Positions 20,052 through 29,198 of a DNA stretch of 64,000 nucleotides are shown here, piece by piece (positions within the stretch are counted from its first letter, which is position 1; each line of letters begins with the position of its first letter). Source of the stretch: Candidatus Lustribacter sp. (GTDB lineage Bacteria > Vulcanimicrobiota > Vulcanimicrobiia > Vulcanimicrobiales > Vulcanimicrobiaceae). A model generated the notes under the pieces. It was not told the DNA's origin. It searched no databases and saw only the letters and a program-made list of their open reading frames with translations. The DNA is taken from contig OZ255842.1 of the NCBI GenBank assembly GCA_965277805.1, positions 4,800,001 to 4,864,000 of the forward strand, read 5' to 3'. Both the position numbers and the translations under genes were made by a program.

Positions 20052-20579
20052 TTACGGATAGAGCACATCGCTGGCGTCACGGACGATGAATTTGTCGGGC
20101 CGCGCGATGAAGTCGAGCACGATCGCAGCCACAGCCTCGACGCGGTCGCGATCGAGTGCGTGGCCGGCGGCGTAAATCATGATCGGATGCGCGCGCGGCA
20201 ACGCGGCACACAGCGCGGCCGCCGCGCTCGGCGGAACGCGCGTGTCATCCGTGCCGAGCAGCAGCAGAATCGGAATATCGGGAGCCGCTTGCGGTGCCGG
20301 CAGCGGCGCGAGTTCGGGCGCGAGCAACACGAGGGCCGCGCACGCCTCACCCATTGCGCCGGCGAGAGTTAGCGCGGCCGCGGCGCCGCTCGATTGACCG
20401 ATCAGCACGAACGGGCCGAGCGGTGGCGATACCGCCGCCACGGCGCGCGCGTCCGCCGTCGCTGCAGGCAGGCTAACCACGCGGTGATCCCGAGCAAGCC
20501 GATCGGCAAGCGGCGAAGCGCCGGCCGCGTCGGCGGACAGCAGCCAGAGGACGGCCCGGCTATTTTTATCGCTAGACAT
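20052..20579 (-). CDS. Compact alpha/beta-hydrolase-fold protein
   Basis: GQSSG nucleophile elbow, 'GTDD', 'AGH'; overlaps the end of the LLM gene. Confidence 0.75.
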   Translation of the reverse strand: MSSDKNSRAVLWLLSADAAGASPLADRLARDHRVVSLPAATADARAVAAVSPPLGPFVLIGQSSGAAAALTLAGAMGEACAALVLLAPELAPLPAPQAAPDIPILLLLGTDDTRVPPSAAAALCAALPRAHPIMIYAAGHALDRDRVEAVAAIVLDFIARPDKFIVRDASDVLYP

Positions 20580-21681
20580 CAGCAGTCTCTCGCAGTTGGG
20601 GCAACACCTTATTTGCGAACAGTGCCATCGAGTTGAGCGTCCGATCGCCGAGTTCGAATGCGGGGATCAGATCGAAGATACCGGCACCGAGTTGACGGCG
20701 GATGCGCTGTGCTTGCGCGAGCACGGTAGCGGGACTGCCGAGCATGATCTGACCGAGTTCGAGACGGTCCGCGAGTTCGAAGTGGCGGCGCACGCGGCCG
20801 CCCTGCCGCACGTGATCGGCGCCGTAATAGCCGGTGCCCGCGATCGTCGCCTCGAGCGCTTGATTTGCAAGAACCGGACTGCCGCGCTGGCGACGTGCGT
20901 GGCTCGCTTCGAAATCTGCGTTGGCTTGCTCGTCGGTATCGGCGACGTGAAATCCGAGGCGATACAAAACGTGATCGGGCGTGGGGGTCCAACCAACTTC
21001 GTTTGCTGCGGCGCGATAGCGGCCCGCGGCCTCCGTCGCAAGCGGCAGCGTCGTCACCGCGAGCCCAAGCGAAACGCGGTTTCGCCCTGCGAAGGCGGCC
21101 GATTCCGGGCTCGAGCCCGACATGAAAATCGGCGGATGCGGATGCTGAACGGGACGCGGCCAGATCGAGATCGCACGAAACTCGAAGAAGCGGCCCTGCC
21201 AGCCGAACGGCACCGGCTGCGTCCATGCCTCGCGGATGAGGAGCAGCGCCTCTTCGAAGCGCGCCCGTGATTCCGCCGGATTGGTATTGTAGGTAACGTT
21301 TTCGTTGGGCGTTCCGCGCAACATGCCGGCGATGATGCGGCCGTTGCTCATCGTGTCGAGCATCGCCACTTCCTCGGCGACGCGAACCGGGTTTAACATC
21401 GGCACGAGCGAGCCGAGGAGCGCGATCTTCGCGCGCTTTACGACCTGCGTCATCGCGCCGGCAAACACCGTCGGATTCGGGGTGAGCGAGAAGGGCCCGA
21501 AGTGATGCTCGGTAAGCCCGACCCAATCGTAACCCTGCTCGTCGGCCAATTTGAACTGCGCCAGCGAGTTGGACATCGAGCGATCAGCTTCCTCAGACAG
21601 ATAGCCGTCGATCGGGGTCGGCCAGCCGTCGGCGACGCCACCGCCGTAGAATACCGGGGAAGTGAATGAAGCCTGGAACAT
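20572..21681 (-). CDS. LLM-class flavin-dependent oxidoreductase
   Basis: 'EHH', 'PVRVAEEVAMLD.MSNGR', 'WPRPVQ.PHPP', 'GSSPES'. Confidence 0.93.
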   Translation of the reverse strand: MFQASFTSPVFYGGGVADGWPTPIDGYLSEEADRSMSNSLAQFKLADEQGYDWVGLTEHHFGPFSLTPNPTVFAGAMTQVVKRAKIALLGSLVPMLNPVRVAEEVAMLDTMSNGRIIAGMLRGTPNENVTYNTNPAESRARFEEALLLIREAWTQPVPFGWQGRFFEFRAISIWPRPVQHPHPPIFMSGSSPESAAFAGRNRVSLGLAVTTLPLATEAAGRYRAAANEVGWTPTPDHVLYRLGFHVADTDEQANADFEASHARRQRGSPVLANQALEATIAGTGYYGADHVRQGGRVRRHFELADRLELGQIMLGSPATVLAQAQRIRRQLGAGIFDLIPAFELGDRTLNSMALFANKVLPQLRETADV

Positions 21682-21776
21682 GTCTTACGAATCTACTGCC
21701 AGATACGCACGATACCATTGTGCGCTCAAAGGCTGACCCGCGGAGCGGGCCGAAAATCTCCGCCGAGGTAACATCG

Positions 21777-22367
21777 ATGGCTGAAACATTCGAAACCCGC
21801 CGCGAACTGCAGCTCAACGTATCAGCCGATCAGGCGTGGGAATGGTTGTCGAACATCGGTAACGCGATGACGGTCAATCAATTCCACGTGGGGCTCGACT
21901 GCGATCCGGCCGATTTTCGTGACCCCAGCGTCGGGCTCGACGTGCCGATCGTACACGAGATCTACGGCAAGCGACACGTGCGCCTCGGCAAGATCACGCA
22001 GTACGGCGATTACGAAATTGCCTGGGGCGAACGTCTGCCCGATCCAAGCGTCAAGGATACGTTCCCGCACAGCGAAGGCTGGAAAGTGGAATCGCTCGGG
22101 CCCAGCTCGTGTGTTCTTCGCAACCGAATCCGCGGACGGCCGATGTACCCGCTGGTGGAGATTATCGGCAAGGAATTGTGGGACCAGCGCATGCCGTTGA
22201 TCCTAGACAACGACCTTCAAGATGTTGCGTTCACGCTGGGTGCGATCGAAAACAAACAGCACTTCGAACTACCACCGCTGGTTTCGGTGCTCCATCGGCT
22301 CGCTCAAGCGCGCGAGATCAACGGAATGGAAGCGAAAGAATTCTTCGACTCGCTCGCACAGCAGTAA
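21777..22367 (+). CDS. Hypothetical protein, SRPBCC-like
   Basis: GAGG RBS; 'LNVSADQAWEWL' N-terminal pattern of SRPBCC folds; divergent from the LLM gene. Confidence 0.6.
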   Translation: MAETFETRRELQLNVSADQAWEWLSNIGNAMTVNQFHVGLDCDPADFRDPSVGLDVPIVHEIYGKRHVRLGKITQYGDYEIAWGERLPDPSVKDTFPHSEGWKVESLGPSSCVLRNRIRGRPMYPLVEIIGKELWDQRMPLILDNDLQDVAFTLGAIENKQHFELPPLVSVLHRLAQAREINGMEAKEFFDSLAQQ

Positions 22368-22511
22368 CAATCTTATCGAAACCGTTATCCTTTCGCGGCA
22401 TAAACTTAACCGACACCGCCCGCGAAGGCGGGGTGCTCATGCGAGAGCAGAGGAAGCCTCGACGTAAGCGGCAGCTTTGCCGTTGTGTGGGCCCAGTGCC
22501 GGAGATGCTTT

Positions 22512-22907
22512 ATGCAGAAGACTATTGGACTTTTTTTGATGTTATTGTTGCTAAGCGCCACGAACGCGAACGCGGCGACGACGACGTGGTTTGACGGCGC
22601 GCAATTCCAGAATCATACGAACTCGCCGGTTTGGGTGACGATTTATGAGTCGCCGCTGCCGATCGTCGGGCCGTGGAAGATCGTCAAAGCTGCTTGCGTC
22701 GCGATGCAATCATTTGGCTCGTGGAACTACCTGCCGACGACGCAGTACATGAAAATCAGAGCGCAGGCGATCAAGGGACATGGCGACTGCAATGACGGCA
22801 CGTATTGGGACGGCAGCGTATCCGGCACGGCGAACATGAACGGCGGCTCGATGTCGGCACAGATCAATACGCTGCCCGGCGGCGCGTCGAAACTCACCTC
22901 GCCCTAA
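22512..22907 (+). CDS. Small secreted protein (beta-rich, two Cys)
   Basis: GGAGA RBS, signal peptide MQKTIGLFLMLLLLSATNANA. Confidence 0.75.
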   Translation: MQKTIGLFLMLLLLSATNANAATTTWFDGAQFQNHTNSPVWVTIYESPLPIVGPWKIVKAACVAMQSFGSWNYLPTTQYMKIRAQAIKGHGDCNDGTYWDGSVSGTANMNGGSMSAQINTLPGGASKLTSP

Positions 22908-22945
22908 GCGCGACCCCGAAACAACCGGCCGGGGTTAGTCCCGGC

Positions 22946-23287
22946 TTAGTTGACGTAGCAGTTCTTGAAGTCTTTGTCCGCGGTAACGGTGTACGTGGCG
23001 CTGCCCGTTCTGTTTTTCGGCAGGCACGTGAGTGCGAATCCGGGACTCGTCGTAATGCTGGCGTACACCGTTTTGACGGTACAAAGACCGGGCTTGGCGG
23101 TGAACGTCGCACCCGGAACGAGTTGCATGCCGCGGTCGTCTTTGCAAAAATTCGTATGATACGTGATGGTAATCAAGGCCACTTTGGTCGTCTTGTTTAC
23201 GACTTGCAGCGACGCGGCCGAGGCCGGCTGAACCCAAGACATCGCGAGAAGCACACCGGCGAACGCGAGTAAATGCGCTTTTTTCAT
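22946..23287 (-). CDS. Small secreted protein (beta-rich, four Cys)
   Basis: Signal peptide MKKAHLLAFAGVLLAMSWVQPASA. Confidence 0.75.
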   Translation of the reverse strand: MKKAHLLAFAGVLLAMSWVQPASAASLQVVNKTTKVALITITYHTNFCKDDRGMQLVPGATFTAKPGLCTVKTVYASITTSPGFALTCLPKNRTGSATYTVTADKDFKNCYVN

Positions 23288-23343
23288 GGCTACTAGGGCT
23301 ACGGCCGACAAGGGGTTTCCTGCTACGCCGGGCGGCCAACCGG

Positions 23344-23359
23344 CGTGATGCGCATCACG
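23344..23359. promoter_or_regulatory. Crp/Fnr-family-like binding site
   Basis: Perfect 16-bp palindrome CGTGATGCGCATCACG = GTGA-N6-TCAC between divergent genes. Confidence 0.5.
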
Positions 23360-23473
23360 ATGGCAAAGCTGCGATTAGTTGCACAAAGATAGCGCTTGCT
23401 TTTCTGGTGGGGTTCTCGTCTTGGCAAGCTAAGCTTATTCACTTACCTTCCGACGATCCGATTGCGGGTGCTT

Positions 23474-24079
23474 GTGTCTATTACTCGCCTAGCGGCCCTG
23501 GCAGCTCTTTTCGTTGTGACTGCCGGTGCACCAACGATTGCCCAAACGCAAAGCCCACCGTCGCTTACGATCAAGACGCTAGCCTCGGTGAAGACCAGCG
23601 CCGTTCCGGCCGGCCCGCTTTTTTGGCGCCTCGAGACGTTCCCGACGTTGTCGCTCGCGCAATCGGCTGCCGGCCCTTCCGCGTTAGCGGTTCAATCCGG
23701 CGGACGAAACTGGTTGATCACCCTCGGACCTGCAGGTGGCGCATCGGCGGGAGGCACGAAGGTTGCCGAGGTCGGTCCGCTTCCAGCGGTTACGGCCACG
23801 AATTATATGTTGCAAGTGAACGAAGCGAGTGGACCGCCCGGTGCTATAACTCCGCAGCATTCGCACCCCGGCTCCGAAACGTTCTACGTCCTCAACGGCG
23901 AGACGACAAGTCGGACGCCGGACGGGGTGATGCATGTATCGGCAGGGCATGCCGAAATCGGGCACGTTGCCGGCACTCCGATGCAAGTTTCGAGTTCGGG
24001 CACAACGGATCTGCTGTCGCTCGTGATGTTCTTGGTTGACGCCGATCAGCCGTTTTCGACGCCGGCCAAACTTCCATAA
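23474..24079 (+). CDS. Secreted cupin-domain protein
   Basis: Signal-like N-terminus; cupin 'HSHPGSETFYVLNGE'; start uncertain (ORF opens at 23396). Confidence 0.8.
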   Translation: MSITRLAALAALFVVTAGAPTIAQTQSPPSLTIKTLASVKTSAVPAGPLFWRLETFPTLSLAQSAAGPSALAVQSGGRNWLITLGPAGGASAGGTKVAEVGPLPAVTATNYMLQVNEASGPPGAITPQHSHPGSETFYVLNGETTSRTPDGVMHVSAGHAEIGHVAGTPMQVSSSGTTDLLSLVMFLVDADQPFSTPAKLP

Positions 24080-26526
24080 AAAAATACGAGCCACGCCTTG
24101 AAGGCGTCGAGTGGAAGTGGCCGGCAAATGCTAAAGCCCTGCGCGTAGCGGCACGACCGCTGGCGAAGCCAGTTGATCTGTTCGGGCTGTTCCGTTCCTT
24201 CGCCCAATGCGTCGAAGCCGAACGACTTTGAAATAGAGATGATCGTCTCGACGATCGCTTGATCGTGCGGATTGTCCAGAATGCCGGCGACGAAGCTCTG
24301 ATCGATCTTGACGATGTCGACCGGCAAGCGCTTCAGTGACGAGAGTGAGGAGTAGCCGGTCCCGAAATCGTCGATCGCGATCCGCACGTCCAAGCGCCGA
24401 AGCGCCCGGCAGACCCGGCGCGTCGCATCGACGTCACGCATCGCGTCGCTCTCCGTAATCTCGACGCCGATGCTGCCCAACGCCACGCCGCTGCGCGCCG
24501 CATTGGTAAACAAACGAATGATCTTCGCGTTTCCCGCCTGGCGTCCGGAGAGGTTAAAATACAGGCGAAAGCCGTCGCGCGACACAGTCATCAACTCCTT
24601 GGCCGCCGCGAAGGCATTGCGCATCACCCAAGCATCGATCTCGGCGATGAAGCCGGTTTGCTCCGCGAACGGGATAAACTGCTCGGGCCCGACGAGGCCT
24701 CGCGTCGGATGATGCCACCGAATTAAGGCTTCGCATCCGGCAACCGACCCGGTTGCGATCTCGACGTGGGGCTGGAAGTACAGTTCAAACTGATCGTGAG
24801 CCAGCGCAGCCATCAGATCGTTGCGAAGCGTCGCACGCCGTAGCGCGTCGCCTTCCATTCCCGATTCGTACACGACGATCGATCCGTGGCCTTTTCCTTT
24901 TGCGACCAGCAGCGCCGCGTCAGCGTGGGACAGGATCGCGTCGATGGTCGAACCGTCCTCCGGCGCCATCGCGACCCCGAAGCACGCGTTGAGCGCGATG
25001 AAGTTCTCACCTTCACGGTCGCCCGTCGAAAACGCGCGCGCGAACACCTCGGCGAAGTCAAGCGCTCGTGCGTGCGCGGCGCGCTTGGAGTCCGGATCGG
25101 GAATGAAAATAGCAAAGACGTCGCCGCCCACGCGACCGACGAGTTCGCTTGCCGATGCGCGTTGGCGCAGAGCACTGCCGACCTCGACCAGCAGTGCGTC
25201 GCCCGTCATATAGCCGTAAGATTCGTTGACTTCGCGCAACGCGTCGATGTCGACCAGCACGATGGCATGGCGTTCGCAGTTCCGCCCTGCCGCACGGGCC
25301 TGCGAGCGGAAATGCGAACGGTTCATCAGTCCGGTGAGGACGTCGTGAGACTGCTGGTACACGATACGGTCGAATTGCCAACGCTGCTGAACGTTGCCGG
25401 CAAAAAACGATGCCAGCACTTCGATATAGGCCTTGTCTTGCGGACCGAAGGGGTAGAGGCTGGGCATTGTGGAGGCAAACGAAAGGCCCCACGTCGTCCC
25501 GCCGGCCGTAAATGTCGTCGCGATCAGCGAGCGCGTTCCATTTTGCCGCGCCAACGGACTGGCCCACGGTCCGGGATGAAGATCGTCCCATGCGCGAGCC
25601 CCGCCGCCCGCGGCAAGGAGTTCGTTGACGACGCCGCTTTCGATCGGCACGATATCTCCGGCGCGCATCGTCAGCGCTCCGGTGACGGCAGGGAATGGGC
25701 CGGTTACCGCCTCGACGATCATCTCTGTGCCGTCGACGCGCCAGAGCGCTCCCTGAAAACCTTGACCGCTACGCATCGCGGATGCGGCTTCCCGAAGCAT
25801 TGCCGGCCAACGCTCTTCGTCCCGAAGCTGTGAGTCATTGACGATCCGCCACAGCGCCTCCAGACGCTCGGCGTGGTGCCGCGTGCGCTCCTCCTCGATG
25901 CGAAGCGAGGTCTCCAACTCGCTGAGTTGCAGTTGATTGGCGAACGAAGCCGCCAGGATTTCGATATACGAATAGTCCGGCGGACCGAACGGCACGGCCG
26001 AAGGCGCGGCGAGCGACGCAATCGTCAGAACGTGGGTCTTTCCGCACGCAACGAAGTTCGTCGCGATTTGGGCCCGAATGCCGAGCGCGCGGCGCTCGGC
26101 GCTGAGGTCCGGCAGGGTCTGAACGTCGTCCCAGGACCGCGTGCGCGTTACGCCGACATCGCGAGCGTGGATCGTTGCGCTCACCGGCACGCGCCGGCCG
26201 ACGCGGACCGCTGCTCGCAGCGGCGAATCGGCCCCGCCGAGTTCGCCGGCCGCTGCGTCGAAGATGTAATCCTTGCCCTCGACGTGACCGAGCACCGCGA
26301 AGTACGGCTCGCCGGGTCGCATCGCTGCCGCGGCTTCGCTGAGCATCGCCGAAATGAGCGCTTCACCGCCGAAGTTCGAGGTGTTGACGATTCGCCATAG
26401 CGCCTCGAGCCGCTCGGCGTGGTGCTGTGTGCGTTTCTCGGACGCCGGTACTCGCCTCAGTGCGTTGCGTAAGAGAGCGAGTCGTTTTCTCAGCACTTCG
26501 GCACCTCTCCCGATTGTGCTGAACAC
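24046..26526 (-). CDS. GAF-GAF-GGDEF-EAL protein, likely c-di-GMP phosphodiesterase
   Basis: Two 'AERLEALWRIVN' GAF modules; 'DVLTGLMNR', degenerate GGDVF; intact EAL, EITE, DDFGTGYSS, KID. Confidence 0.92.
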   Translation of the reverse strand: MFSTIGRGAEVLRKRLALLRNALRRVPASEKRTQHHAERLEALWRIVNTSNFGGEALISAMLSEAAAAMRPGEPYFAVLGHVEGKDYIFDAAAGELGGADSPLRAAVRVGRRVPVSATIHARDVGVTRTRSWDDVQTLPDLSAERRALGIRAQIATNFVACGKTHVLTIASLAAPSAVPFGPPDYSYIEILAASFANQLQLSELETSLRIEEERTRHHAERLEALWRIVNDSQLRDEERWPAMLREAASAMRSGQGFQGALWRVDGTEMIVEAVTGPFPAVTGALTMRAGDIVPIESGVVNELLAAGGGARAWDDLHPGPWASPLARQNGTRSLIATTFTAGGTTWGLSFASTMPSLYPFGPQDKAYIEVLASFFAGNVQQRWQFDRIVYQQSHDVLTGLMNRSHFRSQARAAGRNCERHAIVLVDIDALREVNESYGYMTGDALLVEVGSALRQRASASELVGRVGGDVFAIFIPDPDSKRAAHARALDFAEVFARAFSTGDREGENFIALNACFGVAMAPEDGSTIDAILSHADAALLVAKGKGHGSIVVYESGMEGDALRRATLRNDLMAALAHDQFELYFQPHVEIATGSVAGCEALIRWHHPTRGLVGPEQFIPFAEQTGFIAEIDAWVMRNAFAAAKELMTVSRDGFRLYFNLSGRQAGNAKIIRLFTNAARSGVALGSIGVEITESDAMRDVDATRRVCRALRRLDVRIAIDDFGTGYSSLSSLKRLPVDIVKIDQSFVAGILDNPHDQAIVETIISISKSFGFDALGEGTEQPEQINWLRQRSCRYAQGFSICRPLPLDAFKAWLVFFYGSLAGVENG

Positions 26527-26595
26527 CGTGCAGCCATCGTATCAAGGTGCCCGGCCCGCGTCTGTGAACCGCGCACTTCACAGACAAGGACGCCC

Positions 26596-27474
26596 TCACG
26601 AGACCAGCTGCAATACGCTCGCTAGACTGTGCAGCATCTCAACTTCGCGCAACTCGATCCGGCGTGGTTCGCACCACGAGACGGCTATCGTCCCTCGATA
26701 GCCCTGGCGGTCCAGCAGAGGGACCGCGATGACGCTCCCCACGCCGAGATCGGCATTGAACTCGCGCCACACGTCGGCCGGGCACTCGTACTCGTAGTCA
26801 CCGTGCGCGGCGGACGGCGACTCGAAAGCCAGCCGGACTGACTGCTCACCGGCGCGCTCGTCGGCCGTGGGAACGTGCTCGCTCACCCCGACGCCACCGT
26901 GCCGGAGCGCGCGGTGAGCCTCGTGGACGACGCGATCGCACATCGGCTTCCAGAAGCGCGCCCGCCGGCCGGTCGCGCGACCGCGGATGCCGCCCGCATC
27001 TTCGAGATTGATGACGCCGACGCAATCCACCGCCAAGAGCCGGGCTCCCGTTTCCATCGCTTCCACCGCCGCATCGTCATAGCTCGCAGCCGCGGATACG
27101 CGCGTAACGTACTGTCGCATCTCGGCCAGGTTGAGGACCGGGTCGCCCTGGACGCAGTCTTCTATCTGGCGCGCAACGCGACGGTCGTAGAGCAACTGCG
27201 CGATCTTCGTCGCCAGCCCGGCCGTGATCGCTGCGCAGCGTCCGTTCTCAATCGCGCAGTACCATTCGCGGCTGATCGCCAGGGCCTCGGCTAGCTCTTC
27301 TTGAGTCACCGGCTGCCCGACTCGTCCCGGCCTCCGAACGTAATCGCCGACGACCTCAACTCGTGGTGAAATCGCTCGCCGCCGCTGCCTCATATCGCTC
27401 AGCAACTCGTGCGGAAATCTAGGCACCTCGTCTCCCCTCAAGCTGATCGTGGCAAACGAATCACGAGGCGTCAA
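26596..27474 (-). CDS. XRE-type HTH + GAF-domain protein
   Basis: 'VTQEELAEALAISREWYCAIENG' HTH; C-terminal 'SVIAVPL...GTIAV' GAF; start uncertain. Confidence 0.75.
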   Translation of the reverse strand: MTPRDSFATISLRGDEVPRFPHELLSDMRQRRRAISPRVEVVGDYVRRPGRVGQPVTQEELAEALAISREWYCAIENGRCAAITAGLATKIAQLLYDRRVARQIEDCVQGDPVLNLAEMRQYVTRVSAAASYDDAAVEAMETGARLLAVDCVGVINLEDAGGIRGRATGRRARFWKPMCDRVVHEAHRALRHGGVGVSEHVPTADERAGEQSVRLAFESPSAAHGDYEYECPADVWREFNADLGVGSVIAVPLLDRQGYRGTIAVSWCEPRRIELREVEMLHSLASVLQLVS

Positions 27475-27485
27475 GGACTTTTAGT

Positions 27486-29168
27486 TCACGGCGTTTCGCT
27501 GCGCTCTAATAGGTAGTCCAAGCCACCGACGCGATACCAGCGGTAACCATACGGCTCCAACTCGATCGTGTGTTGCCCGTGGTTGCCGTGGCTGTGATCG
27601 TCGGAAAGCAGGTTGACCAGCTCATCGACGTTCCTGTTCGTGCCGGCTTTCGAACTTGTCCGAAGGTCCAAGTGAGCGGGATTCGTTTTGCCCGACAGAT
27701 TATGCACGATGAGGACGGCATTGTTTCGCCATTCGTATTGAAGTGCGAGAACGTCGGCAGCGTGGGTGTTGAGGATCGCAAAATCGCCCCAGCCGATCTC
27801 CGGCACTTCTTTGCGCATCCGGATGATGCGCTCCATCCAGTTGAGCAGCGAATTCGGATCGCGTCGCTGGCCGGCGACGTTGACGTTGTGGTAACTGAAC
27901 GGCCCCTCGGAAATCACGGGGAGAACCGGTTTGGCGTTTTTCGTAAATCCGGCAAGCGGTTCGGTCGACCATTGCATCGGCGTCCTGACGGCGTTCCGTT
28001 CCTCCAGGTTAAGATCGTCCCCCATCCCGATTTCATCGCCGTACTCGAGCACCGGCGTGCCGGGCAGCGTCATCATGAGGCTATAGGCGAGCTCGATGCG
28101 CGCTCGATTTCCGCCCAGCATCGGCGCAAGCCGGCGACGAATTCCCCGGTCGTAAAGTTGCATACGCTTCTCGGGTCCGAACGCAGCGAAGACCTGTTCG
28201 CGCTGCCGTTTCGTGAGTCGTCCGAGATCGAGTTCGTCGTGATTGCGCAAAAATATTCCCCACTGCGCAGTTGCCGGACGCGGCTTCGTCGTCTCGAGCG
28301 CCTTCACGAGCGGACCGGCGTCGGCGGTCGCGAGCGCGTAAAAGAGCGCCTGATTCACTTCAAAATTAAACAGCAGCTGGAGCCGTTCGCCCGTCTCGCC
28401 GAAATAATTCATGTCCTCATCGGGAAGGACGTTGGCTTCCGCAAGGACGATCGCTTCGCCGTCGCGCCATTGCAAGAATTCCCGAAAAGCGCGCAACATT
28501 TCGTATTGCTCTTTTGGTTTGGCGCCGGCGCGCGGGCCCTTTTCGGCGATGACGAACGGCACCGCGTCCATGCGAAAGCCCGACACGCCGAGCTGCAGCC
28601 AAAACCCCATGATCTTGAGAATCTCGGCGTGCACGCGTGGATTCGCGGTGTTGAGATCGGGCTGGAAATCATAGAACCGGTGAAAATACCACGCTTTGGC
28701 GCTCTCCTCATAGGTCCACGTCGTTTTTTGCACGCCCGGGAAGACGACGCCCTCATGTGAATTACGCGGCTCGTGATCGGACCAAATGTACCAGTCGCGA
28801 AACGGCGACGCCTCATCCGCGCATGCCGACGTGAACCACGGATGTTCGTTCGATGTGTGATTGACGACCAGGTCGATGATCAGGCGGATGCCACGCGCTT
28901 CGCAACCGCGCGCGACCTCGACGAAATCGCCGAGGGTTCCGTACCGCGGATCGACATTATAATAGTCGGTGATGTCGTAGCCGTCGTCGCGATTCGGCGA
29001 TGATTGGAACGGCATGAGCCAGAGCGTCGTTACGCCGAGCCCTTGCAGGTAATCGAGACGGCGCAAAACGCCCTCGAGGTCGCCGATTCCGTCGCCGTTC
29101 GAATCCATGAATGTGGCCACGGAGATCGCATAGACGACGGCGTTTTTGTACCACAGATCGCTGATCAC
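27486..29168 (-). CDS. GH13 alpha-amylase-family protein (trehalose synthase TreS-like)
   Basis: 'DSNGDGIGD', 'DLVVNHTS', 'GFRMDAVP', 'AEAN', 'FLRNHDEL', 'GIRRRLAPML'. Confidence 0.9.
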   Translation of the reverse strand: MISDLWYKNAVVYAISVATFMDSNGDGIGDLEGVLRRLDYLQGLGVTTLWLMPFQSSPNRDDGYDITDYYNVDPRYGTLGDFVEVARGCEARGIRLIIDLVVNHTSNEHPWFTSACADEASPFRDWYIWSDHEPRNSHEGVVFPGVQKTTWTYEESAKAWYFHRFYDFQPDLNTANPRVHAEILKIMGFWLQLGVSGFRMDAVPFVIAEKGPRAGAKPKEQYEMLRAFREFLQWRDGEAIVLAEANVLPDEDMNYFGETGERLQLLFNFEVNQALFYALATADAGPLVKALETTKPRPATAQWGIFLRNHDELDLGRLTKRQREQVFAAFGPEKRMQLYDRGIRRRLAPMLGGNRARIELAYSLMMTLPGTPVLEYGDEIGMGDDLNLEERNAVRTPMQWSTEPLAGFTKNAKPVLPVISEGPFSYHNVNVAGQRRDPNSLLNWMERIIRMRKEVPEIGWGDFAILNTHAADVLALQYEWRNNAVLIVHNLSGKTNPAHLDLRTSSKAGTNRNVDELVNLLSDDHSHGNHGQHTIELEPYGYRWYRVGGLDYLLERSETP

Positions 29169-29198
29169 GACGTCCCTCTACCCATAATGTGGCTCGAG

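Noticed and set aside
22414-22482. Assignment of the leader to c-di-GMP, c-di-AMP, ZTP or glycine riboswitch classes
   Set aside because: Hallmark conserved nucleotides of those classes were not found by eye; kept only as an unassigned structure.
29004-29186. N-terminal extension of the plus-strand GH13 ORF
   Set aside because: Overlaps the divergent GH13 gene; family similarity begins at WWQDG.
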